DNA from: Nymphaea colorata
Lineage: Eukaryota
NCBI RefSeq assembly: GCF_008831285.2
Contig: NC_045138.2
Location: forward strand, 29,450,001 to 29,514,000
Direction of reading: 5' to 3'
DNA length: 64,000 nucleotides
The translations under genes and the position numbers were made by a program. Numbering within the stretch: position 1 is the stretch's first letter; each line of letters begins with the position of its first letter. This document shows, in pieces, positions 62,584 through 64,000 of this stretch. Below the pieces are notes generated by a model. That model made no database searches, was not told where the DNA came from, and saw nothing but the letters and a program-made list of their open reading frames with translations.

Positions 62584-64000
62584 TGATACGAGCCTTAGTC
62601 CGAGTAGGCCTAACCAAGGCCAAAGGCACGGCCACAGTGAGAGATCACGGCTCAATGGAATTAAACTTCGAGCCTAGAGCAAATGCAGTGGGAGGTGCGG
62701 GAGGATATGCAACGGCTCTAGGACATGAATGAACTAGGTGAAGACCAGCAATTGGGGGAATCCGCGAGTTAGGATACTAGATCCATAGGACTTCTTTGGT
62801 ATAGGCCATGGTCCATTCTTGAGTCGTATCGAAACCCAAGTCTCTAGAGTCGGTCTAGGACGAGTCTAGGGAGGTCTCTTGGCTGAATTGAGCTCAGCTC
62901 AATGAGGTTAAGGGATGTGTCAAGTCCGAAGTTTGGGCGGCAACCCGGACGAGGTCCCCACCTTGAGCTCACAAGGCTCAAGGGGCGTCTAGCTAGGACT
63001 TAGCCGTTTTTCACTTCTTGATTTGCTTTATTTGAGTTTGCGCCAATTCGGTTTTGGATTCAAACTTACCAAGGCGGGTTGTGCCTTGGATCCGTTTTGC
63101 TTTAGCATGTTCTGGATTTGGATTTGGGCTGGTTCCATGCATGGGAACCAGATTTATGTACTCATGTATATAAGGTTTTGATTCATGTGTAAATGGAGGG
63201 AATTTTGGGAAATCAAGGTCATTTGCTTCTTTGCTCTCTCTCTCTCCTCACTTCTCTCTCTCTCTTCTCGTGTCTCTCTCTCTCTCTCTCTCACGTTCCC
63301 TCCAATCTCTTCTCCCAAGACCAGCATGCTGGCCCTCTACTTCCCCTTCCCCCTCACGTCTTCCTCTCCTCTCCTTCCCAACTCCTCACTATCTCCCCTC
63401 TCTTTCATTTACATCAATTCTCGTTGAAGAAGAAGGTGAGGGCTTTCTCTTGGGTGAGCCACGGCCCTAGGAGTTATCATCGTCTTCATCTTCGCATCTA
63501 CCCAGCCACGTCTTGGGTGCAATATCTCTGCTACATCAGAGATATTGGAGGCCTAAGTTGAACAAGGAGGCTGCGTCTTCATCCAAGGAAGGACAGCAAA
63601 CCCACGGTTTCCTCATACAAGGTTAGTTCTTGGATTCCTAAGGTGAAAGCTAAGCAACTACGTTGGTTTGGTTTGATCCAAGGTTTGACTTACAAGAAGA
63701 GGAGAAGTCTCGAGTCACAGCCGAGATTCCCTTCTTTTCCACGGTTGAAACTTGATTTAAACTAAGTTTTACGTGTCTTAGAAGATCCTAGGCATTGAGG
63801 CTTTCCTAGTTGAGAAATCACTCAAGGAAACGGCACAAGAAGAGTCGATCGATTCTAGTTTTCATCCGCGGTCCATCTCTGGAATTTCGCCGGCAAAATC
63901 AGAATCCCATCCTCAAGAAATCACGGTGAGACCATCTTGGACATGGGAATGGACCATATAAGGTGATTCCACGCAAAGAAAGAAGAAGATACACATTGGT
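62584..64000 (+). repeat. 3' LTR (truncated by the window end)
   Basis: No mismatch seen versus 56106-57522. The ORF track shows identical peptides at offset 6478. Confidence 0.93.

Larger units (their letters stand above)
56106..64000 (+). mobile_element. Young non-autonomous (LARD-like, probably Ty3/gypsy chromovirus-derived) LTR element carrying an FHA-like ORF; runs off the window
   Basis: Direct repeat starting TGATACGAGCC at 56106 and 62584 (offset 6478). PBS-iMet at 59172 and 59341. PPT 62570-62581. No RT/IN/RH motifs between them. Confidence 0.9.

Overview
Plant (angiosperm-like) nuclear DNA: AT-rich, with introns and many transposons. (1) A tandem cluster of ankyrin-repeat/PGG-domain (ACD6/BDA1-like ANK-TM) genes in five partial copies (A-E). 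None is intact: every ankyrin exon is broken or missing, while two PGG exons remain open reading frames. (2) Two near-complete Ty1/copia elements. One is on the minus strand at 16055-21348 with a single nonsense codon. The other, at 28250-33135, sits inside an ankyrin exon and has TG...TA termini. (3) LINE remnants, MITEs and locally duplicated blocks. (4) A 1.8-kb patchwork of gene fragments (kinesin, ValRS, an unidentified membrane protein) at the left edge. (5) The most unusual feature is a very young non-autonomous LTR element from 56106 to beyond the window end. It has ~3.1-3.2 kb LTRs that look identical over the 1.4 kb comparable, two PBS copies, and no recognisable gag/PR/RT/RNaseH/IN. 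Its internal region instead encodes an FHA-like protein whose C-terminal peptide repeats differ mostly at synonymous positions. All domain calls are by-eye motif recognition; no searches were run.
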